A stretch of DNA of 32,000 nt from Cereibacter sphaeroides 2.4.1 (GCF_000012905.2 NC_007493.2:2610001-2642000), one strand, 5' to 3'; shown: positions 1 to 9,267, counted from the stretch's first letter. Program-made: numbers and translations. Notes: generated by a model from the letters alone, not told the origin.

Positions 1-528
1 CGAGCGCGCGACGCGGCGGATCTCCTCGGTCGTGTAGCGCTGGGTGTTGACGCCGAAACGGCCGCCCTCGTTGTCGGGGAAGATCCCGCGCGGCTCGCCG
101 AAATAGACGCCCGAGGTCAGCTCGCGCACGATCATGATGTCGAGCCCGGCGACGATGTCGCGCTTCAGGCTGGAGAAGTCGGCCAGCGCGTCGAAGCACT
201 GCGCCGGACGCAGGTTGGCATAGAGGTCCATCTCCTTGCGCAGGCGCAGCAGCCCGCGCTCGGGCTTCACCGAGAAATCGAGCACGTCGTATTTCGGTCC
301 GCCCACGGCGCCGAGCAGAACCGCATCCACCTCCTGCGCCCTGGCCATCGTCTCATCGGCCAGCGGCGTTCCGTGCGCGTCATAGGCCGCGCCGCCGACG
401 AGATCCTCGGAGACGTCGAAACTCACGCCGCGCTTCTCGCCGAACCAGCCGATGATGCGTTTCACCTCGGCCATGACTTCGGGGCCGATGCCGTCGCCGG
501 CGAGGATGAGGAGGGAGGGATTGGCCAA
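1..528 (-). CDS. leuB: 3-isopropylmalate dehydrogenase, N-terminal part (3' end lies outside the window)
   Basis: Reverse translation from 528 reads (M)[25 protein letters not shown]...[19 protein letters not shown], the LeuB N-terminus and family motifs. The start is TTG at 528-526, with AGGAG 6 nt upstream on the minus strand. The ORF is open to the window edge, which is why it is missing from the ORF track. Confidence 0.93.
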   Translation of the reverse strand, partial: MANPSLLILAGDGIGPEVMAEVKRIIGWFGEKRGVSFDVSEDLVGGAAYDAHGTPLADETMARAQEVDAVLLGAVGGPKYDVLDFSVKPERGLLRLRKEMDLYANLRPAQCFDALADFSSLKRDIVAGLDIMIVRELTSGVYFGEPRGIFPDNEGGRFGVNTQRYTTEEIRRVARS

Positions 529-624
529 GATGCGCTCCTGCTATCATTGGGGTTTGCCGTGGCCTATGCGCTTCCCCTCGCCCGGTCAAGCCGAGGGCGG
601 CCGCCCCCGCCGCAGGAAGTGACG

Positions 625-1638
625 CTAAGGCAGATCCAGCTCGACCCAGACGGGGCGGTGACGCGAGGCCTGCGCGGCCACGGCCGCCAGAGGATCGCCC
701 GGCGGGGGCCAGAGAACGCCCGACGCGGTGACAGGGAGGCCGCGCGCGGGCAGGATATAGTCGGTGCGCAGGAGCCCCGGACCGTCGTCCGCACGGAAGT
801 CGGCGGTGGCGCGGCTGCCGTCGGGGCCTCGGGGCGCCGGATCCTGCAGCGCGGGATGGGCCAGCAGCGCCGCGATAGCGGCCCGCGGCCCGTCCCCTGC
901 GAGGGGGTCGATGTTCGCCTTGCCCATGAGCAGCACCGGCCCCTCGGGCGCCGGGAACGGCAATCGCCCGTCGAGGAGACGGGCCCAGAACAGCGCTTCG
1001 TCCCCGGCCCGGCGGCCGTTGCGGTCCTCGGGCCCGTCGAAGACCGGGGGCGTGGCGGACCAGAGGAGGAGCTTCAGCGCAGGCCCCCCGGTCCGGGGCA
1101 GCGGCACCTCCCAGGCCCCCACCGAGGCGAGCCGTTGCACCGCGCGCGCCTCGGGCGGCATCGGCGGCAGGTTCGCCTCCGGCAGGTCCGCCCAGAGCAG
1201 GTCCGAGAAGTCGCGCGGCAGGCCGAGCGGCAGGCGCGAGAGCAGCACCATGCCCCCCTGCCCGCCGAACCGGCCCCAGCCCTGCGCGTCTCCCGGCCCG
1301 CCGAGGCGGCCGTCGCCGTCGAGGTCGATCCCGGTCGGCCGCCCGACATTGGGCCGCAGCGCCAGAAGATGGGGATAGAGATCGCCCGCCAGCGCCCGGG
1401 CCGCCAGAAGGTCCGCGTCGTAATCCACCCCCGTGAGGAAGAGCACATCCGCCCGAAGCGCCTCGATCATGCGCCGCACCGCGAGGATCTGCGGATCCTT
1501 CCCCGCGCGGATGTCCCGCAGAAGGAGACCCGGGCCCGCCCGCTCGAGATCCACGTCCCAGGTGGCGAACCGCAGCGTCTCGGCCGCGGCGGCCAGCGGC
1601 AGGAGCAGGAACAGGCAGAGCGCCGGAAGCGCCCTCAG
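625..1638 (-). CDS. Secreted endonuclease/exonuclease/phosphatase (EEP) family protein
   Basis: Part of ORF 625..1758. The hydrophobic signal-peptide-like stretch RALPALCLFLLLPLAAAA-ETLRFATWDV is followed by an EEP-like body. The 40 codons between 1758 and 1638 have poor GC3 and overlap the upstream gene. The likely start is therefore CTG at 1638, overlapping the upstream stop as CTGA (see finding). Confidence 0.72.
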   Translation of the reverse strand: MRALPALCLFLLLPLAAAAETLRFATWDVDLERAGPGLLLRDIRAGKDPQILAVRRMIEALRADVLFLTGVDYDADLLAARALAGDLYPHLLALRPNVGRPTGIDLDGDGRLGGPGDAQGWGRFGGQGGMVLLSRLPLGLPRDFSDLLWADLPEANLPPMPPEARAVQRLASVGAWEVPLPRTGGPALKLLLWSATPPVFDGPEDRNGRRAGDEALFWARLLDGRLPFPAPEGPVLLMGKANIDPLAGDGPRAAIAALLAHPALQDPAPRGPDGSRATADFRADDGPGLLRTDYILPARGLPVTASGVLWPPPGDPLAAVAAQASRHRPVWVELDLP

Positions 1639-2477
1639 ACGGGCGCGAGGCCTCGGGTGCCGAAGACTTCGCCCGTCCGGCGCTTCTCGCGGATCATCTC
1701 GGCGATGCGGGCCATGCCCACGCCGCGCATCAAGAGGCTCGCCGGAAGGAATGCCCATGCCACCGTGATCCAGACCAGAGCCTGCGGCGAGGCCAGCGTC
1801 AGCGGATCGAGGCCGCTGGTGCCGATCTTCACCGCGATCGGGATCAGGAATGGCAGCAGGAACCCTAAGGCCAGGTTAAAGCGCGCGTCCCGGAGCAGGC
1901 GCTGCACCACGTCGCCCCCCGCCGTCGCCTCGAAGGTCGGCAGGTTCACCCACACGTTGAAGGCCAGATTGCGCGAGGGCCAGCGGTTCAGCCGGATCAC
2001 CGCGACGAACATCGCGACCGCGGCGGTGGCAATGAGATAAGAGATGCCGGCGGCATTCCGCAGGACGGCCGTCTGCTCGGGCGTGGCGCGGTCGGACAGC
2101 ATGAGGGTCGCGAGCCGCACGGGGCTGTAGGCGAAATCCATCGCCGTTCCGACGGCGCCCGCCGCCCGGGCCGACAGCGCCGTCAGGGCGGACGGGTCCG
2201 AGGCCTCACGCTGCATCAGGGTGAGGGTCAGCACCATCACGAGCAGGAGCGCGAAGCGCAGCCGGTTGAAGGGCGGGGCATCGCGGAACTCCACGAGCCC
2301 CGGGTAGGTCGCATTATATTCGACAAGGGTCAGGACACCGCCGAAGAGGGCCGCGAGCGCCACCATCTGCTGCCCGTCCGCCCCCACGCCCGGCAGCAGG
2401 ACCGAGGGCAGTGCCAGCAGAAGAACCACGAGAGACGCGCGCAGAAGCGCCCCGGAGAGCCTTGAAAACACGTTCAC
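1635..2477 (-). CDS. Multi-pass membrane protein of unknown function
   Basis: ORF 1635..2558. Several long hydrophobic segments (LLRASLVVLLLALPSVLLPGV, FALLLVMVLTLTL, ISYLIATAAVAMFVAVI, ALGFLLPFLIPIAV). I prefer GTG at 2477 as start, preceded by GGGAAGGGTGGG. The Arg-rich 27 codons upstream look non-coding. Confidence 0.68.
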   Translation of the reverse strand: MNVFSRLSGALLRASLVVLLLALPSVLLPGVGADGQQMVALAALFGGVLTLVEYNATYPGLVEFRDAPPFNRLRFALLLVMVLTLTLMQREASDPSALTALSARAAGAVGTAMDFAYSPVRLATLMLSDRATPEQTAVLRNAAGISYLIATAAVAMFVAVIRLNRWPSRNLAFNVWVNLPTFEATAGGDVVQRLLRDARFNLALGFLLPFLIPIAVKIGTSGLDPLTLASPQALVWITVAWAFLPASLLMRGVGMARIAEMIREKRRTGEVFGTRGLAPV

Positions 2478-2662
2478 CCCACCCTTCCCACGAGCCGCAG
2501 GCTCCACCGGGGCGATGGCTTCCCGCCTGTTGCGGCAGGGTCGCAGATGCCGTCCCATTGGCGCCTGACCTCACCTTCCGACGCAGGGAGACGTAGAGGA
2601 AGCTAACCTTTGTGAGGTATACACAGGGAAAAGGGCGGCATCCCTTTCCAAAAGGCGGGATG

Positions 2663-2685
2663 AAAAAGGCCGCCCGAAGGCGGCC
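2663..2685 (-). terminator. Rho-independent terminator downstream of leuD
   Basis: GGCCGCC (2668-2674) / GGCGGCC (2679-2685) form a stem with a 4-nt loop. On the minus strand the stem is followed by TTTTT (A-run 2663-2667). It lies 25 nt past the leuD stop. Confidence 0.75.
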
Positions 2686-2709
2686 CTGCATCTCAGGGTT
2701 GAAGAGGGA

Positions 2710-3315
2710 TCAGACCCAGGGTCTCAGGGTTGCAAGGTCGCGTTCGAACCCGTCGATCGAGGCGGCCTTCTCCAGCGTCAGGCCGATGTCGTCGAGGCCG
2801 TTCATCAGGCAGTGACGGCGGAACGAATCGACCTGGAACGGGAAGGACTGCCCGTCCGAGGTCGTCACCGTCTGCGCCTCGAGATCGACAGTCATGCGCG
2901 CGTTGGCGCCCCGGCGGGCATCCTCCATCAGCACCTCGACCACCTCGGGCGGCATGACGATGGGCAGGATGCCGTTCTTGAAGCAGTTGTTGTAGAAGAT
3001 GTCGGCGAAGCTCGTCGAGATCACGCAGCGGATGCCGAAGTCGAGCAGCGCCCAGGGCGCATGTTCGCGCGACGAGCCGCAGCCGAAATTGTCGCCCGCG
3101 ACGATGATCTGCGCATCGCGATAAGCCGGCTGGTTCAGCACGAACTCCGGGATCTCGCTGCCGTCGGGATTATAGCGCATCTCGTCGAACAGGTTCTTGC
3201 CGAGACCCGAGCGCTGGATCGTCTTCAGGAACTGCTTCGGGATGATCATGTCGGTGTCGATATTGACGAGCGGCATGGGGGCCGCGACACCGGTCACTTT
3301 GGTGAATTCTTGCAT
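2710..3315 (-). CDS. leuD: 3-isopropylmalate dehydratase small subunit
   Basis: 201-aa ORF. The sequences [17 protein letters not shown] and [17 protein letters not shown] are typical LeuD motifs. Confidence 0.97.
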   Translation of the reverse strand: MQEFTKVTGVAAPMPLVNIDTDMIIPKQFLKTIQRSGLGKNLFDEMRYNPDGSEIPEFVLNQPAYRDAQIIVAGDNFGCGSSREHAPWALLDFGIRCVISTSFADIFYNNCFKNGILPIVMPPEVVEVLMEDARRGANARMTVDLEAQTVTTSDGQSFPFQVDSFRRHCLMNGLDDIGLTLEKAASIDGFERDLATLRPWV

Positions 3316-3318
3316 GGC

Positions 3319-3843
3319 TCAGGGATTTCCAGATTTTCTGAGGGCAAAGCCCATGGCGACGAGGGTGGCGCCCATGACGATCAGCTCGACCGCGACGAGC
3401 GTGCCGAGCAGCACGAGGCTCGCTTCCGGCAGTCGCAGCAGGATGAAGAGACCGAGGCCGGCCGAGATCAGGCCGGAAAGCGCCATCAGCCAGAACATGA
3501 CGGTGCCGCGCCAGGTGGCGAGGCTCAGCCCGAGCCGCACCACCCCCGAGACGAGGAAGAGCGCGCCCAGCATCAGCGTGAGCGACACCATTCCCGCCAG
3601 CGGGTTGGCCAGCATCCAGACCCCCGCGACGAGGCTGACGAGGCTGAAGAAGGCCGCGGCCCCCCGCGAGGGCATTCCCCTGTCGGAGAAGGCCGCCCAG
3701 AGCCCGAACGCCCCGCTCGCCACGAAGACACAGCCCGCAAGGACCGTGACCGCGAGCGAGACGGGCAGCGGGAAGGCCAGTGCGGCGATCCCGCCCAGAA
3801 GGGCGAGGATGCCGGAGACGATGAGCGAGCTCGTGCCTTTCAT
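3319..3843 (-). CDS. HdeD/DUF308-like small membrane protein inserted between leuC and leuD
   Basis: 174-aa ORF that is almost entirely hydrophobic helices. Its pattern (GILALLGGIAALAFP ... LVAVELIVMGATLVAMGFAL) resembles the HdeD family. High GC3. The stop is 3 nt before the leuD start. Confidence 0.75.
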   Translation of the reverse strand: MKGTSSLIVSGILALLGGIAALAFPLPVSLAVTVLAGCVFVASGAFGLWAAFSDRGMPSRGAAAFFSLVSLVAGVWMLANPLAGMVSLTLMLGALFLVSGVVRLGLSLATWRGTVMFWLMALSGLISAGLGLFILLRLPEASLVLLGTLVAVELIVMGATLVAMGFALRKSGNP

Positions 3844-3906
3844 TCCGTTCTGTCCTGACTTGCTGCAAACCTGCGCGGGCGCGCTGTGCTGCGCGCCCGG
3901 CCGTCG

Positions 3907-5334
3907 TCACGCCGGCTCGGCCGGCGCCATCATCAGGTCGCGCACGTCGGTCAGGTGACCGGTGATCGCCGCAGCGGCGGCCATTCCGGGGCTGACGAGA
4001 TGGGTGCGGCCGTTGCGGCCCTGACGGCCCTCGAAGTTCCGGTTCGAGGTCGAGGCGCAGCGTTCCCCCGGGGAGAGCTGGTCGGGGTTCATCGCGAGGC
4101 ACATCGAGCAGCCCGCGAGGCGCCATTCGAAGCCCGCGTCGATGAAGATCTGCGCCAGCCCCTCTTCCTCGGCCTGCGCGCGCACGAGGCCCGAGCCCGG
4201 CACGACCATGGCCCGCATTCCCGGCGCCACCTTCTTGCCCTTCAGGATCTCGGCCGCGGCCCGCAGATCCTCGATCCGGCCATTGGTGCAGGAGCCGATG
4301 AAGACCGTGTCGATCTTGATGTCGGTCAGCTTCTGGCCCGGGGTCAGGCCCATGTATTCGAGGCTGCGGCGTGCGGCCTCGACCTTGCCGCCGGTGAAAT
4401 CCTCCGGGGCGGGGACGGTCGCGGTGATCGGCAGCACATCCTCGGGCGAGGTGCCCCAGGTCACGACCGGGGCGATGTCCTCGCCGCGGATCGTCACGAC
4501 CTTGTCGAACTGCGCGCCCTCATCGGTGAAGAGCGTCTTCCAGTAGGCGAGCGCCGCCTCCCAGGCTGCGCCCTTCGGCGCATGTGGACGGCCCATCACA
4601 TAGGCGAAGGTCTTCTCGTCCGGCGCGATCAGGCCCGCGCGCGCGCCGCCCTCGATCGCCATGTTGCAGACGGTCATCCGGCCTTCCATCGACAGTTCGC
4701 GGATCGCCTGCCCGCAATATTCGATGACATAGCCGGTGCCGCCCGCGGTGCCGGTGAGGCCGATGACCGACAGCGTGATGTCCTTGGCGGTGACACCGGG
4801 GCGCAGGCTCCCGGTGATCTCCACCTTCATGTTCTTCGATTTCTTCTGGATCAGCGTCTGCGTGGCCAGCACATGCTCGACCTCGGAGGTGCCGATGCCG
4901 TGGGCCAGCGCGCCGAAGGCGCCGTGGGTGGCCGTGTGGCTGTCGCCGCAGACCACCGTCATGCCCGGCAGCGTCCAGCCCTGCTCGGGCCCGACGATAT
5001 GGACGATCCCCTGCCGGATGTCCGACACGGGATAGTAGTTGATCCCGAAGTCGCGGGCATTCTTGTCGAGCGCCTCGACCTGGATGCGCGACTCCTCGTT
5101 GTCGATCTTCGTGTCGCGGCCTTCCGTCGTGGGGACGTTGTGGTCCGGCACGGCGATGGTCTTCTCGGGGGCGCGCACCTTGCGGCCCGTCATGCGCAGG
5201 CCTTCGAAGGCCTGCGGGCTCGTCACCTCGTGGACGAGATGGCGGTCGATGTAGAGCAGGCAGGTGCCGTCTTCGGACTGGTGGACGACATGGTCGTCCC
5301 AGATCTTGTCATAGAGCGTTCTCGGAGCGGTCAT
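3907..5334 (-). CDS. leuC: 3-isopropylmalate dehydratase large subunit
   Basis: 475-aa ORF: [17 protein letters not shown]...VCGDSHT...[12 protein letters not shown]...[13 protein letters not shown] (aconitase-family Fe-S ligand motifs). Confidence 0.97.
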
Positions 5335-5580
5335 GGCTCTCTCGCGATGGCTGTTGATTTTATGGGGGGAAGGCAGGCGAAAGCCGCACGCCGACTCAAA
5401 GTCGGGCGAGGATCGAGAGGCTGGCGCCGTAGAACCGCCAAGGCAGCCGGGCGCGATCGTCCATGTCGAAGATGCGTTCCATGACTGTGGCTTTTACGCT
5501 CGAATTCCCGGACAGGCAACAACGGCGTGAACCGGAACCGCCTGCCGGCGTTGACCCCGGGCCTCGCATGGAGCCGCCCG

Positions 5581-6120
5581 ATGAATGGAGCCGTCGACCA
5601 CAAGGGATACGAACAGCCGACCTACGACCTCGAGTTCGCGGAGACCGCGACCGAGATCCGACGATACGGCCCCTATCTCGTGGCGGAAGTCACGATGGCG
5701 GGAGACCGCTCCACCGCCATCACCCGCGGCTTCCGCGTGCTCGCGCGCTACATCTTCGGCGGCAACGCCGAGAGCCGGAGGATCGAGATGACCGTGCCGG
5801 TCAGCCAGCTCCCCGCGGGCGAGGATCTGTGGACCGTGCGCTTCACCATGCCGGCGGTCCGGAGCGCCTCCCTCCTGCCCGCGCCGAAGGACAGCCGCAT
5901 CCGCTTCGTGACGGTGCCCCCGTCGCGTCAGGCCGTGCGGCGCTTCTCGGGCTGGCCGACCGACCACGCGCTCCGGCGTCAGGCCGAGGGGCTCGCGCAC
6001 TGGATCGCCGAGCGCGGCCTGCCGAAACGCGAAGGCCCCTACTTTTATTTCTACGACTCGCCCATGACCCTGCCCTGGCAACGGCGGAACGAGGTTGCCT
6101 TCGGCCTCGGCGAGGGCTAA
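5581..6120 (+). CDS. SOUL heme-binding family protein
   Basis: Part of ORF 5527..6120. YEQPTYDL...YGPYLVAEV...GFRVLARYIFGGN...IEMTVPV...RFSGW...YFYFYDSP fits SOUL/HBP-like domain architecture. ATG 5581 has GGAG 7 nt upstream. Confidence 0.8.
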   Translation: MNGAVDHKGYEQPTYDLEFAETATEIRRYGPYLVAEVTMAGDRSTAITRGFRVLARYIFGGNAESRRIEMTVPVSQLPAGEDLWTVRFTMPAVRSASLLPAPKDSRIRFVTVPPSRQAVRRFSGWPTDHALRRQAEGLAHWIAERGLPKREGPYFYFYDSPMTLPWQRRNEVAFGLGEG

Positions 6121-6332
6121 CCGCAGGCCGCTGCCTGCATTGAGATTGCGGGCCGGTGATGCTACCTTGAGAGAACAGCCCGGCGCCGGGGCTTGTCGGC
6201 GCGCCATACGGGAGGACGACCCTGTCACATTCTGACCCCGCGACCGGACTTCCGGTCGGGCAACGGCCGGCTCGGACGAGCACCGCACAAGACCCCGCCA
6301 ACGACGCCTCCAGCGAGGAGCTTCTGCAGGCC

Positions 6333-6653
6333 GTGCTCGCCTCGCTCGACGACGACAAGGCCGAGGATATCGTGCAGATCGACCTGCGCGGCCGCTCGGA
6401 CATGGCCGATTACATGGTCATCTGCTCGGGCCGGTCGTCGCGTCAGGTTGCCGCCATCTCGGAAAAGCTGATGGACCGGGTGAAGCAGCAGTTCGGGCGG
6501 TTCTCGAAGGTCGAGGGCAAGGAAACCGGCGACTGGGTGCTGATCGACACGGGCGACGTGATCGTGCATGTCTTCCGCCCCGAGGTGCGCGAGTTCTACC
6601 AGCTCGAGAAGATGTGGATGCCGGGCGGCGCTCAGGGCCTCTCGCGCGGCTGA
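6333..6653 (+). CDS. rsfS: Ribosome silencing factor RsfS (iojap-like); true start probably upstream at CTG 6222
   Basis: ORF-track protein contains DDDKAEDIVQIDLRGRSDMADYMVICSGRSSRQV...DWVLIDTGDVIVHVFRPEVREFYQLEKMW, the classic RsfS core. The coordinates are the canonical-start (GTG) ORF; see the finding on an N-terminal extension. Confidence 0.9.
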   Translation: MLASLDDDKAEDIVQIDLRGRSDMADYMVICSGRSSRQVAAISEKLMDRVKQQFGRFSKVEGKETGDWVLIDTGDVIVHVFRPEVREFYQLEKMWMPGGAQGLSRG

Positions 6654-7120
6654 TGAAGCTGCAGCTCTGCGCCGTGGGGCGGCTGCGCAGCGGCCCCGAG
6701 CGGGATCTGGTCGAGGACTACCTCGCACGCTTCGAACGGACAGGCAGGCCGCTGGGCCTGCCGCCCGTGCAGCTCCTCGAGTTCGAGGATCGCAAGGGCG
6801 GCGGCATGGAGGCCGAGGCCGACCTGATCGCGAAGGCCGTCGCGCCGGGGGCGGCGCTTGTCGTCCTCGACGAACGCGGCCGCACCCTCTCCTCTCCCGA
6901 ATTCGCCGATCATCTCGCGCACTGGCGCGACAGTGGTCGCGACGTGGCGCTGGCCATTGGCGGCGCAGACGGCCTCGCGCCCCGGCTCCGCGACAGGGCC
7001 GATCTCGCGATGTCGTTCGGGCGCATGGTCTGGCCGCACATGCTGGTGCGCGTGATGCTGGCCGAGCAGCTCTACCGCGCGGCCACCATCCTCGCAGGCT
7101 CTCCCTACCACCGCGTCTGA
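6653..7120 (+). CDS. rlmH: 23S rRNA (pseudouridine1915-N3)-methyltransferase
   Basis: MKLQLCAVGRLRSGPE...VLDERGRTLSSPEFA...ALAIGGADGL...LSFGRMVWPHMLVRVMLAEQLYRA is SPOUT RlmH. ATG 6653 overlaps the rsfS stop (TGATG). Confidence 0.93.
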   Translation: MKLQLCAVGRLRSGPERDLVEDYLARFERTGRPLGLPPVQLLEFEDRKGGGMEAEADLIAKAVAPGAALVVLDERGRTLSSPEFADHLAHWRDSGRDVALAIGGADGLAPRLRDRADLAMSFGRMVWPHMLVRVMLAEQLYRAATILAGSPYHRV

Positions 7121-7219
7121 AGCCCGGGGTGCGGGCGGAAGCCTGCGATGGCACGCACTCGCCCCGCCGCCCGTCCGCACCGGCTTGTGCGCCGCCGCGG
7201 CTTCGGCTACCCCCGCCCC

Positions 7220-7675
7220 ATGCCAGACCTCTATGCCTATACCGACGGTGCCTGCAGCGGAAATCCCGGCCCGGGAGGCTGGGGCGTGCTGATGCTCGCG
7301 CGCGAGGGCGAGGCGGTGGTCAAGGAGCGCACGCTGCAGGGCGGCGAGGTGCTCACCACCAACAACCGGATGGAACTGATGGCCGCCATCTCGGCGCTCG
7401 AGGCGCTGACGCGGCCGACCGAGATCACCATCGTGACCGACAGCGCCTATGTGAAGAACGGCGTGACGACCTGGATCCACGGCTGGAAGCGCAACGGCTG
7501 GAAGACCGCCGACAAGAAGCCGGTGAAGAACGCGGAACTCTGGGAAAGGCTCGACGCGGCCCAGCAGCGGCACAAGGTCGTCTGGCGCTGGATCAAGGGA
7601 CATTCCGGCCACGCCGAGAACGAGCGTGCCGACGAGCTGGCACGCGCGGGCATGGCCCCCTTCAAGACGCGCTAG
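7220..7675 (+). CDS. rnhA: Ribonuclease HI
   Basis: [22 protein letters not shown]...[12 protein letters not shown]...TDSAYV...[19 protein letters not shown]. The start is chosen by correspondence with the RNase HI N-terminus, inside ORF 7148..7675. Confidence 0.93.
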   Translation: MPDLYAYTDGACSGNPGPGGWGVLMLAREGEAVVKERTLQGGEVLTTNNRMELMAAISALEALTRPTEITIVTDSAYVKNGVTTWIHGWKRNGWKTADKKPVKNAELWERLDAAQQRHKVVWRWIKGHSGHAENERADELARAGMAPFKTR

Positions 7676-7707
7676 TTTTCGAGCTTTCGTTCGGTTACAT
7701 TGGACGC

Positions 7708-8199
7708 ATGGCCCGCCCCCGCACGCTTCCCGATGCCGACGTCCATGTTGCCATCTGCCGGATGCTGGCGGGCGGCGGCGAGCGGGCCGTGTCCTTCGGC
7801 ACCGTCTCGCGCGCGACGGGCCTCGCCGCGGCAACCCTCGCAGGCCGGTTCGGCAGCCGCGACGGCATGATGCTGGCCGCGCTCGGTCACTTCTGGGACG
7901 GGCTCGACGAGGCGACCGACGCCGCCGCAACCGAGACGAAGGCGCCCGCCTTCCTCAAGGCGCTCGGCGAGGCGGCCGAGCCGCAGATCGTGGCCCTCTC
8001 GCTCACCCTGCCCGAGATGCGCCCGAGGGCCGAGGCCTGGCGGCGCAGCGTCGAGGCGGCGCTGTCCCTGCGCCTCGGCAAGGCCGAGCCCGCCGCGATG
8101 ATGTTCGCGCTCTGGCAGGGCCAGCGGCTCTGGCAGGCGGCAGGCGGCCGCGGCTTCAAGCTGAAGGACGCGACGCGGCGCCTCGGCTCCTCCGGCTGA
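7708..8199 (+). CDS. Small TetR/AcrR-like transcriptional regulator
   Basis: This is the terminal part of the long ORF 6568..8199, starting at ATG 7708. The N-terminal pattern VSFGTVSRATGLAAATLAGRFGSRDGMMLAAL resembles the TetR helix-turn-helix signature. 163 aa. Confidence 0.72.
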   Translation: MARPRTLPDADVHVAICRMLAGGGERAVSFGTVSRATGLAAATLAGRFGSRDGMMLAALGHFWDGLDEATDAAATETKAPAFLKALGEAAEPQIVALSLTLPEMRPRAEAWRRSVEAALSLRLGKAEPAAMMFALWQGQRLWQAAGGRGFKLKDATRRLGSSG

Positions 8200-8361
8200 A
8201 CCCTCCGCAGGGCCGGCTCCCGCCGGATGGCGCATGGGAGGGCAGCCGTGCCCTGAACGCTTGCATCCTCTGCGACCGTAAGTAGCAGTTGCTACGCCTT
8301 TTCCCCGCCTCTTTCGGCGACAAAATGGCGGCGATCCGCCGGTCGCGGAGCCGTTACCACT

Positions 8362-8391
8362 TTGATATATTCTGTTAACCACGCGTTAAAA
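8362..8391 (+). promoter_or_regulatory. Candidate sigma70-type promoter for the receiver-domain gene
   Basis: TTGATA (8362-8367), an 18-nt spacer, then TTAAAA (8386-8391), in an unusually A/T-rich stretch. The inverted repeat TTAAC-N5-GTTAA (8375-8389) overlaps the spacer and the -10 element. Pattern match only. Confidence 0.3.
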
Positions 8392-8442
8392 CATTCGGCC
8401 CAAAGGTAAGACAAGTTCTCGGCAAAGTCGAAGGAAGCCAGA

Positions 8443-8805
8443 ATGCACGTCCTGATCGTGGAGACCCGCGCGGAGCTTGCCAGCCAGTGGGCAGAGCGGC
8501 TGCGCAGGGACGGCATCACTGTCCACATCACCCACAGCCAGGAATGTGCGGTGCGCGTGCTCTGCGCCCACCGGATTCAGGTCGTGATGCTGGATCTGAT
8601 GCTCGACGAAGGCTCCGCCCTGGCCGTGGCCGACTTCGCGGCCTTCCGGCAGCCCTGGGCCAAGGTGATGTTCCTGACCGACAGCGCCGTCTTTTCGGAC
8701 GGGTCCATCTTCACCCATTGTCAGAATGCCTGCGGCTACTTTGCCATCTCGACTCCGGTCAGCGATCTTGCGACCATCGTGGAGCATTACGTTCACGCGG
8801 CCTGA
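8443..8805 (+). CDS. Stand-alone response-regulator receiver (CheY-like) protein, atypical
   Basis: 120-aa ORF with a GAAGGAAG Shine-Dalgarno. It has a receiver-like layout, with VVMLD51LML as the phospho-acceptor position and FLT79DS. The N-terminal acidic pair reads E7-T8, and the conserved Lys-Pro position reads T104-P105. Confidence 0.82.
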   Translation: MHVLIVETRAELASQWAERLRRDGITVHITHSQECAVRVLCAHRIQVVMLDLMLDEGSALAVADFAAFRQPWAKVMFLTDSAVFSDGSIFTHCQNACGYFAISTPVSDLATIVEHYVHAA

Positions 8806-8916
8806 GCCGCGCAGCATTCGTAACGCCTGCACCCATTCTTGCGAAATATTCTTTCAGATAGCTTGATTTTTCGCCACATGACACCAGACTCGATTTTGAG
8901 CACCAGGGAGTCGTTC

Positions 8917-9267
8917 ATGCTCGAATATCTGCCTCAGGACATCAGGGACGGTCTCGCTGCCGCGCAGAAGGCCGAAATGAAGCGCAAGTCACGGCTCCGC
9001 GTCCGTTTCGGAGGGACCGAGGTGCCGGTGCTGCGGCTGTGGGACGGGGGCTTCGCCCTCGACGCCGATCAGATCCGCAGCCTGCGCGGCCTCGTCAATC
9101 TCTTCGACGGCGAGCGGCTGGTCTGCCAATGCCTCATCGTCTGCGCCGTGGTGGACGGCGGCGAGCTCATCTGCGACTTCAAGCGCGCCACGGCCCCGAC
9201 CGACCGGCCGCCGCTCGATTTCTGGCTCGAGAAGGAGCCCCCGGCCGGCTATCTGCCGGGAGCCTGA
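8917..9267 (+). CDS. Hypothetical small protein (116 aa)
   Basis: Part of ORF 8839..9267. ATG 8917 has AGGGAG 6 nt upstream. High GC3 downstream. No family I can name with confidence (a weak PilZ-like impression only). Confidence 0.6.
   Translation: MLEYLPQDIRDGLAAAQKAEMKRKSRLRVRFGGTEVPVLRLWDGGFALDADQIRSLRGLVNLFDGERLVCQCLIVCAVVDGGELICDFKRATAPTDRPPLDFWLEKEPPAGYLPGA

Noticed and set aside
5335-5580. I looked for a leucine leader peptide or attenuator upstream of leuC. A 28-codon sORF (5482..5396, minus strand, [28 protein letters not shown]) with mostly G/C-ending codons is present.
   Set aside because: It has only four scattered Leu codons and no Leu run. I could not fold a convincing terminator/antiterminator pair between it and leuC (only a 6-bp CCGACT/AGTCGG stem and a GGC-TTTC-GCC stem, with no U-tract). 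This is not enough to call a leader; the sORF may be chance.
7676-7707. A possible TetR operator in the 32-nt spacer before the TetR-like gene (TTTTCGAGCTTTCGTTCGGTTAC).
   Set aside because: It contains only repeated TTCG tetranucleotides, and I could not find a dyad of useful length.
8917-9267. PilZ (c-di-GMP binding) assignment for the small protein downstream of the receiver gene.
   Set aside because: The RxxxR-like stretch (KRKSRLRVR) is present, but the D/NxSxxG motif is not (it reads LWDGGFAL). The resemblance is too weak to call without a profile search.
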